Positions 37,035 through 46,236 of a stretch of 64,000 bases of DNA are shown here, piece by piece. Positions within the stretch are counted from its first letter, which is position 1, and each line of letters opens with the position of its first letter. Below the pieces are notes generated by a model, which ran no database searches, was not told where the DNA came from, and was given only the letters and a program-made list of their open reading frames with translations. Source of the stretch: Candidatus Rifleibacteriota bacterium (lineage in GTDB: Bacteria; Muiribacteriota; Ozemobacteria; Ozemobacterales; Ozemobacteraceae); the NCBI GenBank assembly GCA_017417215.1, contig JAFPZP010000066.1, forward strand, positions 82,814 to 146,813. The letters are read 5' to 3'. A program made the translations under genes and the position numbers.

Positions 37035-37851
37035 TTTAAGTCGAGTTAAACTTATGCATAAAAACAAAAAAGGTTTTACTGTTGCTGAAGTAATCGTGGC
37101 TGCTGCTATATTTATGGCTTTCTCAGGCGCTCTTTTTTCTCTTTATAGAATGGGAAGCCGTATGTTTGTCTCTGGTTCTTGGAAGTTTACTCGCCAAAAA
37201 GAAGCGGAACGTTTTTTTGAAATATTAAAAGAACGTGTTGAACAGGCTTCTAATATGGTTAAAATAGATCCATCAAGTACTCCTCAGATTGAAACAAATG
37301 CTTCAAGATTTATGACCAAAAAAGGCGTTGTTATCGATTTAGCTGAAAATACAAAAGCTTCTGGATCTAATATACAACTTGCGGAATTTGCAGTTTGTAA
37401 ACCCTGTCAGATTCTTTCTTCCAGCAATAGAAAAACAGGAATCATTGTTCTTCATAGTTTAACTGTTGTTCCAGATAGCGATTCTGGTCTCTATAAGCTT
37501 AATCTATTTGTAAAAAGAATAGATGATAATAGTCTTACAGATTGCTTTTCTATGGGTGCTGCAGATGGTTTGAATATGACTCAGGCTAACTTTTTGGGTG
37601 ACCCAGTGAGTTTCGGTTTGCAACCAGTTCCAGGTATTTTTACATTAAGAGATGTTTGTAGTGTAACTCTTAATTATTCTGAAGGCGCAGAAGAATCTGG
37701 AGCTTCTGGTAACTTACAAGCAATAAAACCTATCCTTTATGAAGTTAGAGTAAAGATGCGCAACCCCAAACATGCACAAACCGTATTGGAAATGGGGTAT
37801 AAATTCAAGATTGATGGCTCTGTTAAGGTAGAGGAGGTGGGCGCAAGATAA
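37024..37851 (+). CDS. prepilin-type N-terminal domain protein (PilW/GspJ-size minor pilin-like)
   Basis: It has the class III signal-like KKGFTVAEVIVAAAIFMAF (G-1, F+1, E+5). The likely start is the ATG at 37054 (MHKNKKGFT), giving about 265 aa. A TAATG 1-nt overlap joins it to the next gene. Confidence 0.7.
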   Translation: MIFNLSRVKLMHKNKKGFTVAEVIVAAAIFMAFSGALFSLYRMGSRMFVSGSWKFTRQKEAERFFEILKERVEQASNMVKIDPSSTPQIETNASRFMTKKGVVIDLAENTKASGSNIQLAEFAVCKPCQILSSSNRKTGIIVLHSLTVVPDSDSGLYKLNLFVKRIDDNSLTDCFSMGAADGLNMTQANFLGDPVSFGLQPVPGIFTLRDVCSVTLNYSEGAEESGASGNLQAIKPILYEVRVKMRNPKHAQTVLEMGYKFKIDGSVKVEEVGAR

Positions 37852-38399
37852 TGTTAAAAAAATTATTCTTTAAAACTAAAAAGGCAGTAACTTTGGTTGA
37901 AATTCTTCTTGCTGTTGTTCTTATGGCCGGTGCTTTTTTGCCTATTATGGGCCTGATGTCTTCTTCTATAAAGGTTACTGAGCAGGATGAAAATACTCAA
38001 CGTGCAGTTATGCTTTGTCAGGAAAAACTAAATGCTGTTTTACAAATGCCTTTTGATAAATTTGCTGTTAGTACAACTCCAATTGTGTCTGGTACCTATA
38101 ATAATAATGAAATTGTTGCTTCTTTTGGAGCCCAGATTATTGATGGAGTAACTTATACTTCTTCATTATTAGTTGAACAATACAATGTTAGCTTTAATGT
38201 TCCTACATGTGATTTTACTAGAAAAGGTGATTCCAGATATAAGAATGATCCTTCTCAATGGGGTTTTAACGTAATTCAATGTGATGCTTCTGATAAAGTT
38301 AAAAGATATACTGTTACTGTAAATTGGCAAGATAAAGGCAGAGGTAATCAGAAATTTTATACTCTTTCTTCTTTAAAAGCAGATATAAGGGAGAAATAA
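37851..38399 (+). CDS. pilin-like protein with degenerate prepilin signal (PilV/GspI-like)
   Basis: 182 aa. The N-terminus KTKKAVTLVEILLAVVLMAGAF keeps TLVE with Glu at +5 but has Ala-Val where the canonical Gly-Phe would be. Confidence 0.6.
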   Translation: MLKKLFFKTKKAVTLVEILLAVVLMAGAFLPIMGLMSSSIKVTEQDENTQRAVMLCQEKLNAVLQMPFDKFAVSTTPIVSGTYNNNEIVASFGAQIIDGVTYTSSLLVEQYNVSFNVPTCDFTRKGDSRYKNDPSQWGFNVIQCDASDKVKRYTVTVNWQDKGRGNQKFYTLSSLKADIREK

Positions 38400-38400
38400 T

Positions 38401-38925
38401 ATGAGAAAATCATGTAATTTAAAAAGAGGTAGTGCTGTTGCTCTTTGTCTTATTTTCGCTACAGTTCTGCTTATGATGGGCTTGGCTTATAGTAAACAGA
38501 CTGCTACTTCAAAGCGACAAACTGTTCAAATAGATGAAAGAATAAAATTAGAATATTTGGCTCATGGTGTAACAGAACTTGCATTGTTGAAGTTTCAGCT
38601 TTATCCTGCTGATTTTTATGCTTGTATGGAAGCTTCAAAACTTAATGATTCCTCTTATTTAACCTCTTTTACAACAGGTGCTCCTGAATTTCAATTTACA
38701 GGTACTAGGGCTGAAAATAGATCTATTTCTTCTTTTAATAGTACTTCGGTCAATCTTCAGTTAGCTAGTATGACTATTCTTACAAATAATAAATGGAATA
38801 ATGAAGTTCTATATATAGAAGCTTTTGCTAATTATACAGATCAATATCATAAAAGTATAGATAAAGTAGTCACTAGATTGGTTGATTTGGATAGACATAG
38901 TTTAATTCCACAAAGTAATAGATAG
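38401..38925 (+). CDS. PilX-N-like pilus minor-component-like protein
   Basis: 174 aa. The N-terminus LKRGSAVALCLIFATVLLMMGLAY has the RGS + hydrophobic helix of the PilX_N type and no Glu5. Confidence 0.5.
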   Translation: MRKSCNLKRGSAVALCLIFATVLLMMGLAYSKQTATSKRQTVQIDERIKLEYLAHGVTELALLKFQLYPADFYACMEASKLNDSSYLTSFTTGAPEFQFTGTRAENRSISSFNSTSVNLQLASMTILTNNKWNNEVLYIEAFANYTDQYHKSIDKVVTRLVDLDRHSLIPQSNR

Positions 38926-38940
38926 AATAGGATATTGTTT

Positions 38941-39906
38941 ATGAAGAAGAGTTGTTTTTTATTTTTGTTTATTTTAGGTTTTGTAATTTCTGCTTCTAAT
39001 TCTGTTTTTGCTCAAAGGGGTGGAGCATATATTGGCAAAATAGATGTAAAAACCGTTTTTTTATTACATCCATTGATGATTAGTTATAGCCCTGAAAGAC
39101 AGGCATTTAAAGTTACTCGTGATGATGTATCTAAAAAAAGAGCTGTAGCAGAAGCAAGTTCTAACAAGGAAGAAGTTCGCAGACTTAATGCTTTAATGAA
39201 AAGTATTACTGGTAAAATAAATGAAGAAGAAAAGAGCTTTCAGAAAAAAATGTCTGCTCTTTATGATAAATTTATGAAAAATATCACTAATTTAGCTACA
39301 GCTGAGGCTGGTTTTAACCGGGTTACATACAAAGCGGAAACTGATAATGCAGAAGTATCTCATAATGCTAAATTAACAGCTCTATATGCCCAATATAATG
39401 ATGCCGAAGAAAAACTTTTAAATCTTACTCAGTTTAATTTTGAAGAAGGTTATACAACTCCAGATGAAACAGAAAAGAAATTTATTGCTATTTTAAATGA
39501 AATAAAAACATATGCTCAGCGTGCAGCAGATCAGAAAGGTGTATCAATAGTTTTGAACACCAGTTATAAAAGAACAGTTATGAGACCAGATTCTAGAGAT
39601 TCTGAAAGTGGATATGTTCCTGATGGAATGGCTTTGGGTGCAATTTTTAATACTAATTTCCCACCAGAATTAGCTAGAGATGAAGCTGCAGTTGCTGGTT
39701 ATTATAGCAATGTCTCTACTTTAACCCAAAACTGGTTGAAGAATTGTTCTCCTATAACAGGACGTTTTAAGAGCTCTATGCTTGAAAATGATGTTTTTAT
39801 TGGTGGTGTGGATTTGACTGCTGATGTTTTGGCTGCTTTATTTAAAGCTTATAAACTAGACCCTAATATATCTAATGCGGTTATTAAAGCAGCTATAAGT
39901 TATTAA
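38941..39906 (+). CDS. Skp/OmpH-like periplasmic chaperone-like protein with C-terminal extension (paralog 3)
   Basis: I prefer the ATG at 38941; the track starts at TTG 38935. It has a signal peptide (SVFA), the motif IDVKTVFLLHPLM, a coiled-coil region, and IKTYAQRAADQKGVSIVLNTS (Skp-like kG..iVl segment). Confidence 0.45.
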   Translation: MKKSCFLFLFILGFVISASNSVFAQRGGAYIGKIDVKTVFLLHPLMISYSPERQAFKVTRDDVSKKRAVAEASSNKEEVRRLNALMKSITGKINEEEKSFQKKMSALYDKFMKNITNLATAEAGFNRVTYKAETDNAEVSHNAKLTALYAQYNDAEEKLLNLTQFNFEEGYTTPDETEKKFIAILNEIKTYAQRAADQKGVSIVLNTSYKRTVMRPDSRDSESGYVPDGMALGAIFNTNFPPELARDEAAVAGYYSNVSTLTQNWLKNCSPITGRFKSSMLENDVFIGGVDLTADVLAALFKAYKLDPNISNAVIKAAISY

Positions 39907-40082
39907 TATAAACTTAGTAAAAATATAAACCGGTATGTAAAAATATTTTTACTGGGTATTGGTATGAATACGATAATACTAATAGAGTAAATAAGGTACA
40001 AAATATGCATATCAAAACTAGATATAATTGTTTTGTATTTTGTTGATAGATACAAAAAACATAGTTAACAGGAGTTAACCAT

Positions 40083-43000
40083 ATGAGAAAAACGTCGAGT
40101 TTTTGTTTGGGACTATTGGGCTTAGTAGCTCTGTCGTTGTTATGTCCTCAACAAGCCAAGGCATTGGACTCACAGTATTTAAGAAACGGTGAGTGTTATT
40201 TGCTAATTGGTGAAGGGGCTTCTACGCTGAGAGGTGTTTATAGATTAAACAATCCTGCAGCTAATCCAGCTAAATATTATAATAATAACCGAGTTATTCC
40301 TGGTGGTAGTATTAATAACACCCTAGGTTTTAATGTTGACCTTAACAGAAAAATATATACTTTTACTGAACAGGTTGAATCAACTTGGCAGGTTTCTTCT
40401 GCTCCACTTTATAGACAGGTTCTTGATGGCGGAGTAACTGCCGACCAGGCAGACTATGGCTATCATTCATATATTCACTATGACCATAGAAGCTGGAACA
40501 AAGGTGATATTTATAGAACTGGTCCTTCAGGAAGAAATATACATAAAGACGGCGGCGGAACCTGGAGTGGTTTTAAATCCGCTGGACCTGGTACTGAAGT
40601 ATCAGGCGATTATACCTCAACATTGCCGAGTATGACAGGTGCTGCTTCACTTGGTAAAATTAGTGGTAAAAAATGGTATCAAATTCCAAATGCTAGCTGG
40701 TATTCTAACTGGAAGACTGGTTCAGCAGACCCTATGGGCGATTATGGTAAGAAATCCAATGGAAAGTATGGATATTTATATAACGGATTCAATACTTTCT
40801 ATTATGTATTTGGCGATAAAGTTCAAGAAAAGAACCATAATTACAAACTCTGGACTTGGAATCCTAGCAATGCTGAACTTGATACTCCTTCATATACTAA
40901 AAATACAGGAGATACTGTTGCTGTAACTAAAGAAGAAAAGATTTCCAGAAATGTTTATGCTGGTTGTCTTGATGGTTGTGGTGGTGCGTCAGGTAGTGGT
41001 AGTTCACAGCCTCTACCAATGCTTAATGATATAGCTTTTCAGCCTCCGTTAAAAGACTCTAGTTCTAGAACTTATTTCTATTCAAGAACTAAAGGTGGTA
41101 CTAACGGTAAAGTTACTAAAAACAATTCGGCTTATAATCCTGGTTCTGGCAACCCATTAATTGGTCTGAAAGATAGTACTGATACATTCTGGCTCTGTAT
41201 TTCTTTGAGAAATGTTTCAACAGATTATGTGTATTGCTTAGGTACTACTGTAATAAAAGATTGGTATAAACAGGCTTTTGGTTCTGCTCCATCTAATATG
41301 AACATTACTGCTGTTACTGTTTCCAATCAGTGGGACCAGCAGGGCGGTATTGTTTACGCTTATGATAAAGCTAATAAAAAGATTTACAAGTTTGAACGAA
41401 AAGAAACTTCTGGAACACCGATTTCAAAAGAAAGATTCCTAGCATTAGACTTAAATTCTATAATGAATGAAATTGATGCTTTGAATAATTCTGAATTAGA
41501 TGACATCAAGGCAGATGGTTTCGGCAGTCTTTATTTTGCTATGAGCCATCCTAGCAAGAATGTAGATTCATATAACCCTGCACAACATTTTAAGCCAAGT
41601 GATTGTATACATGTTCACAAGACTGGTCATGATAATACTAAGAAAGAAACTACTTTCTTGATGATATTCAAGCAGGATTACGGCAAGAAAGTTTTTCAAA
41701 GAAATTATCTTACTGGTGATATTACGAAAGTTGGTAGTAAAGACTTTGCAAGCAGAATATATAATGTTACTTGTAAAATCAAAGATGCTGGTTGGAATGT
41801 TATTCAGAATTATCCATCCGGTTGTAATTTTGCAAGATTAAATGCAGAACTAGCTTCATGGTCAGCAACTGTTGCTGGTTATACCTATTCTTCAGCAACA
41901 AATTCTTGGCCATCTAGTTATTACCAGAGAGGCAGAGGTGCATGTACTCATTATTCTGAACTTAACTATAATGACCCAGGTCAGGCTAAATTGGCTGTTA
42001 TCAACGTTCCAACTCCTCCAAAGGTTATCAGCTTAGGTAATAAAAAATCATATCTTGATATAGTTGGTCCGTATCTTGATGTATTTGCTATTCCTGATAA
42101 AGTAAATAGAAGCACTAATCAGGGTGATGGTTTGCTTAATACTTCTAATTTAAGTACAGAACAGTTATATTTCTATATGGTTGAAAACTATCCTCTTGAC
42201 GACGGTGCTCAAGACCCGACAGCTCAACCCAACTGGGATAATGATGGCAGAATGGGTGGTTTTATTACCTCTGTTCAAGATCCGGCTCCATATAACCCAA
42301 GTACTCATCCAAGCGGTGTTAAGTATGAATGGAGAACTTGGATGGTATTAGATTTGTATGGTAACTGTACTTGTAGATTAATTCAGAAAAATGATGTAAA
42401 TAACGGTTATCCGTATCATTCTGTTTACTCTTCTGTTCCTGGTAAGTTTATTATTACCTGCCGTGCAACATATAACTGGTATGATTATGATGCATTGACT
42501 TTTGGTAGTACTGTTGACGATTTAAGTAGTGTTCTTCACACTAATGAAGTGGCTCTACCTGTTGCTGTAGGTGGTATTTCAACTCAATGGGCATCTGATA
42601 GACTTACACAGATTAAAAATTCATTTAAATACAAAGGGCCTAATACTGGCAATAAAGAAATCCTGTTTATGAATTATCCTGTTGATCAAAAAGGGAATTC
42701 AATTAATGTTGATTATAGCCCAATTGTATCGGATGCAAATGGCGGAAAATACTTAGCTCTTGAACCTATTTCTATTGGTGAAGTAGGAGAAGCTCCTGAA
42801 GAACCAACTGTAAAATTCCCAATTACTCGTTGTGATAATATTCCAGGTGTTGCTAGTGATTCTTATATGAATACAGATTCATTCTGGAGTCCTGTTCCAG
42901 ACGATGATAAAGTTTTTGGTATTGCAGCAGGTGAAGTATATAACTGGCGTATAGATAAAAATGCACAGGCATATATGTTTAAGGATATTTCTAAATTTAA

Positions 43001-45143
43001 CAGCACAAATTCAAAAGATCCAAATTATAACTATCTTGCTGATCAGATGCTTACTCCAGGTTCCGGTTATTATCGTAATACAGCTAAGGTAAAATTCATA
43101 AATAATCTTGGAGACCTTTATTGGACAGATAAGAAGATTTATGTTTCAGCCAAGCTTATTTATAAAGTTCCAAATGGCAGTGGCTATAAAGAAATTTCTT
43201 TGCCATTAAAACAGGCTCAAGATAATAGTTCTTCTATAGGTAGTGACTATGAATTTGAATATACAGTAAAAGATGAAAGCCAATTATGGCAACCTGGTGG
43301 TAATATCCCTGTTTATTATACTACTGCAAGTAATTTGCCTCCTACTGACCCAATGGATGCAAGAATTCGAATCACTATGAGAAGATCATATATGTATACA
43401 TTGTGGTCTTTGTCTCCAGATGGTCAGCCCAGGTATCCAGCCCCAGTACCTGGTGAATTTAAAATGGTAGGTGAAGCTACTGTTCGTATTATGGATACAA
43501 ATAAACCAAAAGTAGATTGGGAAAAGACTGTTCCAAACAATCTCTTTGCTTTAACAGGCGGAGCATTAAAATCTGGAGTCGGTCCAACAGGCAGAGTTAA
43601 TCCTGATAACGTAAGCTTTACTGTTACTGATAATAATCCTTGGGAAGCTGTAGAAACAGAAGAAGGCTTGTCAATAGAACAACATATTAGAAATATCAAC
43701 ACCAACTATGGTCATGCTTATTGTCAATCCTACTGTAGTAAGAATTCTTATCTCAAAAAACTATTTGATGATATGAATCTTCCTAATACAACAGGCACAA
43801 AGGAAGACATCAGAACTGCAAAAGCTAAGAAACAAAAGACTTCGCATTTGAATTATAAGCCCTTGTTCTCAAGACAGGCTAGAGATATAAGAATTGGTTT
43901 TGAAACCGTAAGTCGTGATAAAGTAAGTGGCAAGGTAACATTAGACAAGGCAGATAATATGTCTGCAGCAGCTGGAAGACAGTTCTCTAGTGACAATGAC
44001 AGTGATTATGCTGTTCACTATCGTGCAGGTAAAAATCACAATGCAAAATACCAGAAGTCTTTATCTTTGGGTGAAATGAGTTATTCTAGAACTGTTGGTG
44101 CTACTACTGTTTATGATTCTACTTTGGCATATAGTATACCGGTTAATAATATCAAGATTGGTACTACTAATGATGATTCAAGCCAGAATAAGGTTCCTGA
44201 TGGTTATGCAAATAATACTCCAGGTTATAGAGTTGGAGACAAAATCAGACCTTATAAGTTCTTTGTTAGCTTAACAGACTCTTCTGGTAACTATACAGGT
44301 GAAAAAGAACTTAACGTTGTTCTGAATGTTAAGGACGATATTCCACCTATTGGTTATGGCTCAGTTCATGATGCTAAGAATGATCTTGTTTCATATTTCC
44401 CATATGAAGTAGATTCTGATGTGGCTACAGATCCAGCAAAGGCTCCATCTTATAGAGTTAAAGGTGAAGACTATTATTTCTCTCAGAATCTTAATAGTGC
44501 ATTCTTAAGAGGAAACTCTTGGGCTTCAACTGATTCAACTGGATTGGTTAGATATAATACTATAGCTGGTCCTTATAAGGCTATGCTTCCAGTATCTGAT
44601 GATATTTCTACTGGAGAATCTGTGAAAGATAATGATGCATATATTAATCTGGTTAAAGGAAGAATTCCACCGTTAGCAGTTGAAGATAACGTTGAATGCC
44701 GTTTCAATGCCTATGTTAACGATAACTGTGGTAATGCAACCGCAACATTAACTCTTAAATACTTTGATACTGACGGACGTAGTGGTGCTCAGACTGTATT
44801 AACTAGAAGTATTAGAACCACAAATGGTTGGATTTCAGCAGCAAATGTAGATGGTTCTACTAAGCTGAATATCTCTTCTTCAACAGTAGAATTGAATACA
44901 TTGTTCAGAGGTAATTCTGGCCAATTCCCAATGGCTATTCCTATAACCATTGTATCTGAAGACAATGCCAGAGATTGGGACTATTACCTCGGTGGTGCTG
45001 AAGATGGTAATGGCGACTGGTCTTGGGGAACTGTTCATTTTGGTAAGGACACACCAAATAAGAGAACATTTAAGACCTCATTACCAGTATTTGGTCACGA
45101 ACTTGACATTAGAACACTTGATAAGACAATTCAGAATAGATAA
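40083..45143 (+). CDS. 1686-aa secreted protein of unknown function, in the PilY1-like position after the pilin-like genes
   Basis: The signal peptide is MRKTSSFCLGLLGLVALSLLCPQQAKA. The protein is rich in W/Y/N/G and shows no obvious internal repeats, unlike the neighbouring giants. An AGGAG RBS precedes it and a strong terminator follows. Confidence 0.7.
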   Translation: MRKTSSFCLGLLGLVALSLLCPQQAKALDSQYLRNGECYLLIGEGASTLRGVYRLNNPAANPAKYYNNNRVIPGGSINNTLGFNVDLNRKIYTFTEQVESTWQVSSAPLYRQVLDGGVTADQADYGYHSYIHYDHRSWNKGDIYRTGPSGRNIHKDGGGTWSGFKSAGPGTEVSGDYTSTLPSMTGAASLGKISGKKWYQIPNASWYSNWKTGSADPMGDYGKKSNGKYGYLYNGFNTFYYVFGDKVQEKNHNYKLWTWNPSNAELDTPSYTKNTGDTVAVTKEEKISRNVYAGCLDGCGGASGSGSSQPLPMLNDIAFQPPLKDSSSRTYFYSRTKGGTNGKVTKNNSAYNPGSGNPLIGLKDSTDTFWLCISLRNVSTDYVYCLGTTVIKDWYKQAFGSAPSNMNITAVTVSNQWDQQGGIVYAYDKANKKIYKFERKETSGTPISKERFLALDLNSIMNEIDALNNSELDDIKADGFGSLYFAMSHPSKNVDSYNPAQHFKPSDCIHVHKTGHDNTKKETTFLMIFKQDYGKKVFQRNYLTGDITKVGSKDFASRIYNVTCKIKDAGWNVIQNYPSGCNFARLNAELASWSATVAGYTYSSATNSWPSSYYQRGRGACTHYSELNYNDPGQAKLAVINVPTPPKVISLGNKKSYLDIVGPYLDVFAIPDKVNRSTNQGDGLLNTSNLSTEQLYFYMVENYPLDDGAQDPTAQPNWDNDGRMGGFITSVQDPAPYNPSTHPSGVKYEWRTWMVLDLYGNCTCRLIQKNDVNNGYPYHSVYSSVPGKFIITCRATYNWYDYDALTFGSTVDDLSSVLHTNEVALPVAVGGISTQWASDRLTQIKNSFKYKGPNTGNKEILFMNYPVDQKGNSINVDYSPIVSDANGGKYLALEPISIGEVGEAPEEPTVKFPITRCDNIPGVASDSYMNTDSFWSPVPDDDKVFGIAAGEVYNWRIDKNAQAYMFKDISKFNSTNSKDPNYNYLADQMLTPGSGYYRNTAKVKFINNLGDLYWTDKKIYVSAKLIYKVPNGSGYKEISLPLKQAQDNSSSIGSDYEFEYTVKDESQLWQPGGNIPVYYTTASNLPPTDPMDARIRITMRRSYMYTLWSLSPDGQPRYPAPVPGEFKMVGEATVRIMDTNKPKVDWEKTVPNNLFALTGGALKSGVGPTGRVNPDNVSFTVTDNNPWEAVETEEGLSIEQHIRNINTNYGHAYCQSYCSKNSYLKKLFDDMNLPNTTGTKEDIRTAKAKKQKTSHLNYKPLFSRQARDIRIGFETVSRDKVSGKVTLDKADNMSAAAGRQFSSDNDSDYAVHYRAGKNHNAKYQKSLSLGEMSYSRTVGATTVYDSTLAYSIPVNNIKIGTTNDDSSQNKVPDGYANNTPGYRVGDKIRPYKFFVSLTDSSGNYTGEKELNVVLNVKDDIPPIGYGSVHDAKNDLVSYFPYEVDSDVATDPAKAPSYRVKGEDYYFSQNLNSAFLRGNSWASTDSTGLVRYNTIAGPYKAMLPVSDDISTGESVKDNDAYINLVKGRIPPLAVEDNVECRFNAYVNDNCGNATATLTLKYFDTDGRSGAQTVLTRSIRTTNGWISAANVDGSTKLNISSSTVELNTLFRGNSGQFPMAIPITIVSEDNARDWDYYLGGAEDGNGDWSWGTVHFGKDTPNKRTFKTSLPVFGHELDIRTLDKTIQNR

Positions 45144-45165
45144 CTTTATTGTCTAGTAAGTTTCT

Positions 45166-45198
45166 AAAAAAACCTCAGCGAAAGCTGAGGTTTTTTTT
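45166..45198 (+). terminator. rho-independent terminator after the 1686-aa gene
   Basis: aaaaaa-acctcagc-gaaa-gctgaggt-tttttttt: a perfect 8-bp stem, a GAAA loop and a T8 run. Confidence 0.9.
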
Positions 45199-45263
45199 CT
45201 AATAAATTAGTCTAATTATTCCGATAATTTTCAAAATAATTATTTTATTTAAATGGGATAGCT

Positions 45264-46058
45264 ATGAAAAAAATTAACATGATAGTAATTTATAAAGTGG
45301 TATTTTCGTTTATGCTTGCTACCGCTATTATGTTAATTGGTTGTGGTGGTTCTGGTGGTGGAGAAGGTCGACAAACTTTACCAGGAGAAAACCCAACTGG
45401 TCCAATAATTATTCCAGGAACAAATACTGGTACTTATACACAAACTCAAACTGGGACAGGCACAGGCACTGGCACTGGTAGCGGAACAGGAACTGGAACC
45501 TCAATAGAATATCTAACTCCAGCTGATTTGTTAAAAAGAGGTTGGGAGATAATGAAAGAGGGGAATTATGGTGGAAGCATGACTTATTTTGATCATGTTA
45601 TATCTAATTCCAATTCTACTCCAGAACAGCGTCAGCAGGCTTATAACGGTCGTGGTTGGGCAAGAGCCAAATATTACAATACTATTGAAGGGTTAGATGA
45701 TTTTAAAGCTTCTTATCAAATGGGTGAGCTTAATACTAATGCCTATAAAGAATCTATATTAGGTTATGCTCTAGCTTTAATTCAAGCTACAGGAGATTCA
45801 AATTTTGATAGAGCAATACAACTATTGGCAGATGAACTTCAATTAGCTAATCCAACTTTTGTATTAGGTATAGAACATACTTGTATCGGTGTTAGTTCAC
45901 CAGAAGCTCATGCTATGCTTGCCTATGCATATTATTGGAGAAATCAGCCAGAATTAGCTAAAGCTCAGATAAATCAAGCGCGTGTAGATGATTCATCAAC
46001 TACAGGAACTGTTTATCAGATTTTTACAACTTTAACAGCCGCTGGATTATTCAATTAG
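45264..46058 (+). CDS. TPR-like lipoprotein with (Thr-Gly)n linker (paralog A)
   Basis: 264 aa with lipobox MLIGC, a linker GGSGGGEG...TGTGTGTGTGSGTGTGT, then a helical repeat domain. It shares AYNGRGWARAKY and AHAMLAYAYYW with the 56315 product. Confidence 0.65.
   Translation: MKKINMIVIYKVVFSFMLATAIMLIGCGGSGGGEGRQTLPGENPTGPIIIPGTNTGTYTQTQTGTGTGTGTGSGTGTGTSIEYLTPADLLKRGWEIMKEGNYGGSMTYFDHVISNSNSTPEQRQQAYNGRGWARAKYYNTIEGLDDFKASYQMGELNTNAYKESILGYALALIQATGDSNFDRAIQLLADELQLANPTFVLGIEHTCIGVSSPEAHAMLAYAYYWRNQPELAKAQINQARVDDSSTTGTVYQIFTTLTAAGLFN
45450..45500 (+). repeat. coding (ACN-GGN)n microrepeat encoding TGTGTGTGTGSGTGTGT
   Basis: Direct reading: actgggacaggcacaggcactggcactggtagcggaacaggaactggaacc. 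Confidence 0.8.
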
Positions 46059-46068
46059 AAAAATTAGA

Positions 46069-46120
46069 ATACCCCGTGCACAAAAATAAATAAAAAAATT
46101 GTGCACGGGGTATTTTTTTT
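46069..46120 (+). terminator. rho-independent terminator after lipoprotein A
   Basis: ataccccgtgcac (46069-46081) pairs with gtgcacggggtat (46101-46113) around a 19-nt A-rich loop, followed by T8. Confidence 0.8.
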
Positions 46121-46236
46121 AGAATAATTTAATGTTATAGTAGATTAGGCTGTGCACTAAAAATATACTGTGCACGCTTTTGTCTTGTAAAAAAATAGTT
46201 GAAACCAAGGGTGTTTCACAGGAGAAATATATAAAT

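Noticed and set aside
40639-45156. ORFs 40639..40926 (+), 43424..43705 (-) and 44950..45156 (+)
   Set aside because: They are out-of-frame or antisense within the 1686-aa gene. The last one runs through the real stop in another frame.
46180-46236. TTG-initiated 19-codon extension of giant 2
   Set aside because: The ATG at 46237 has an AGGAGA RBS. The extension overlaps the putative promoter and TGTGCAC region.
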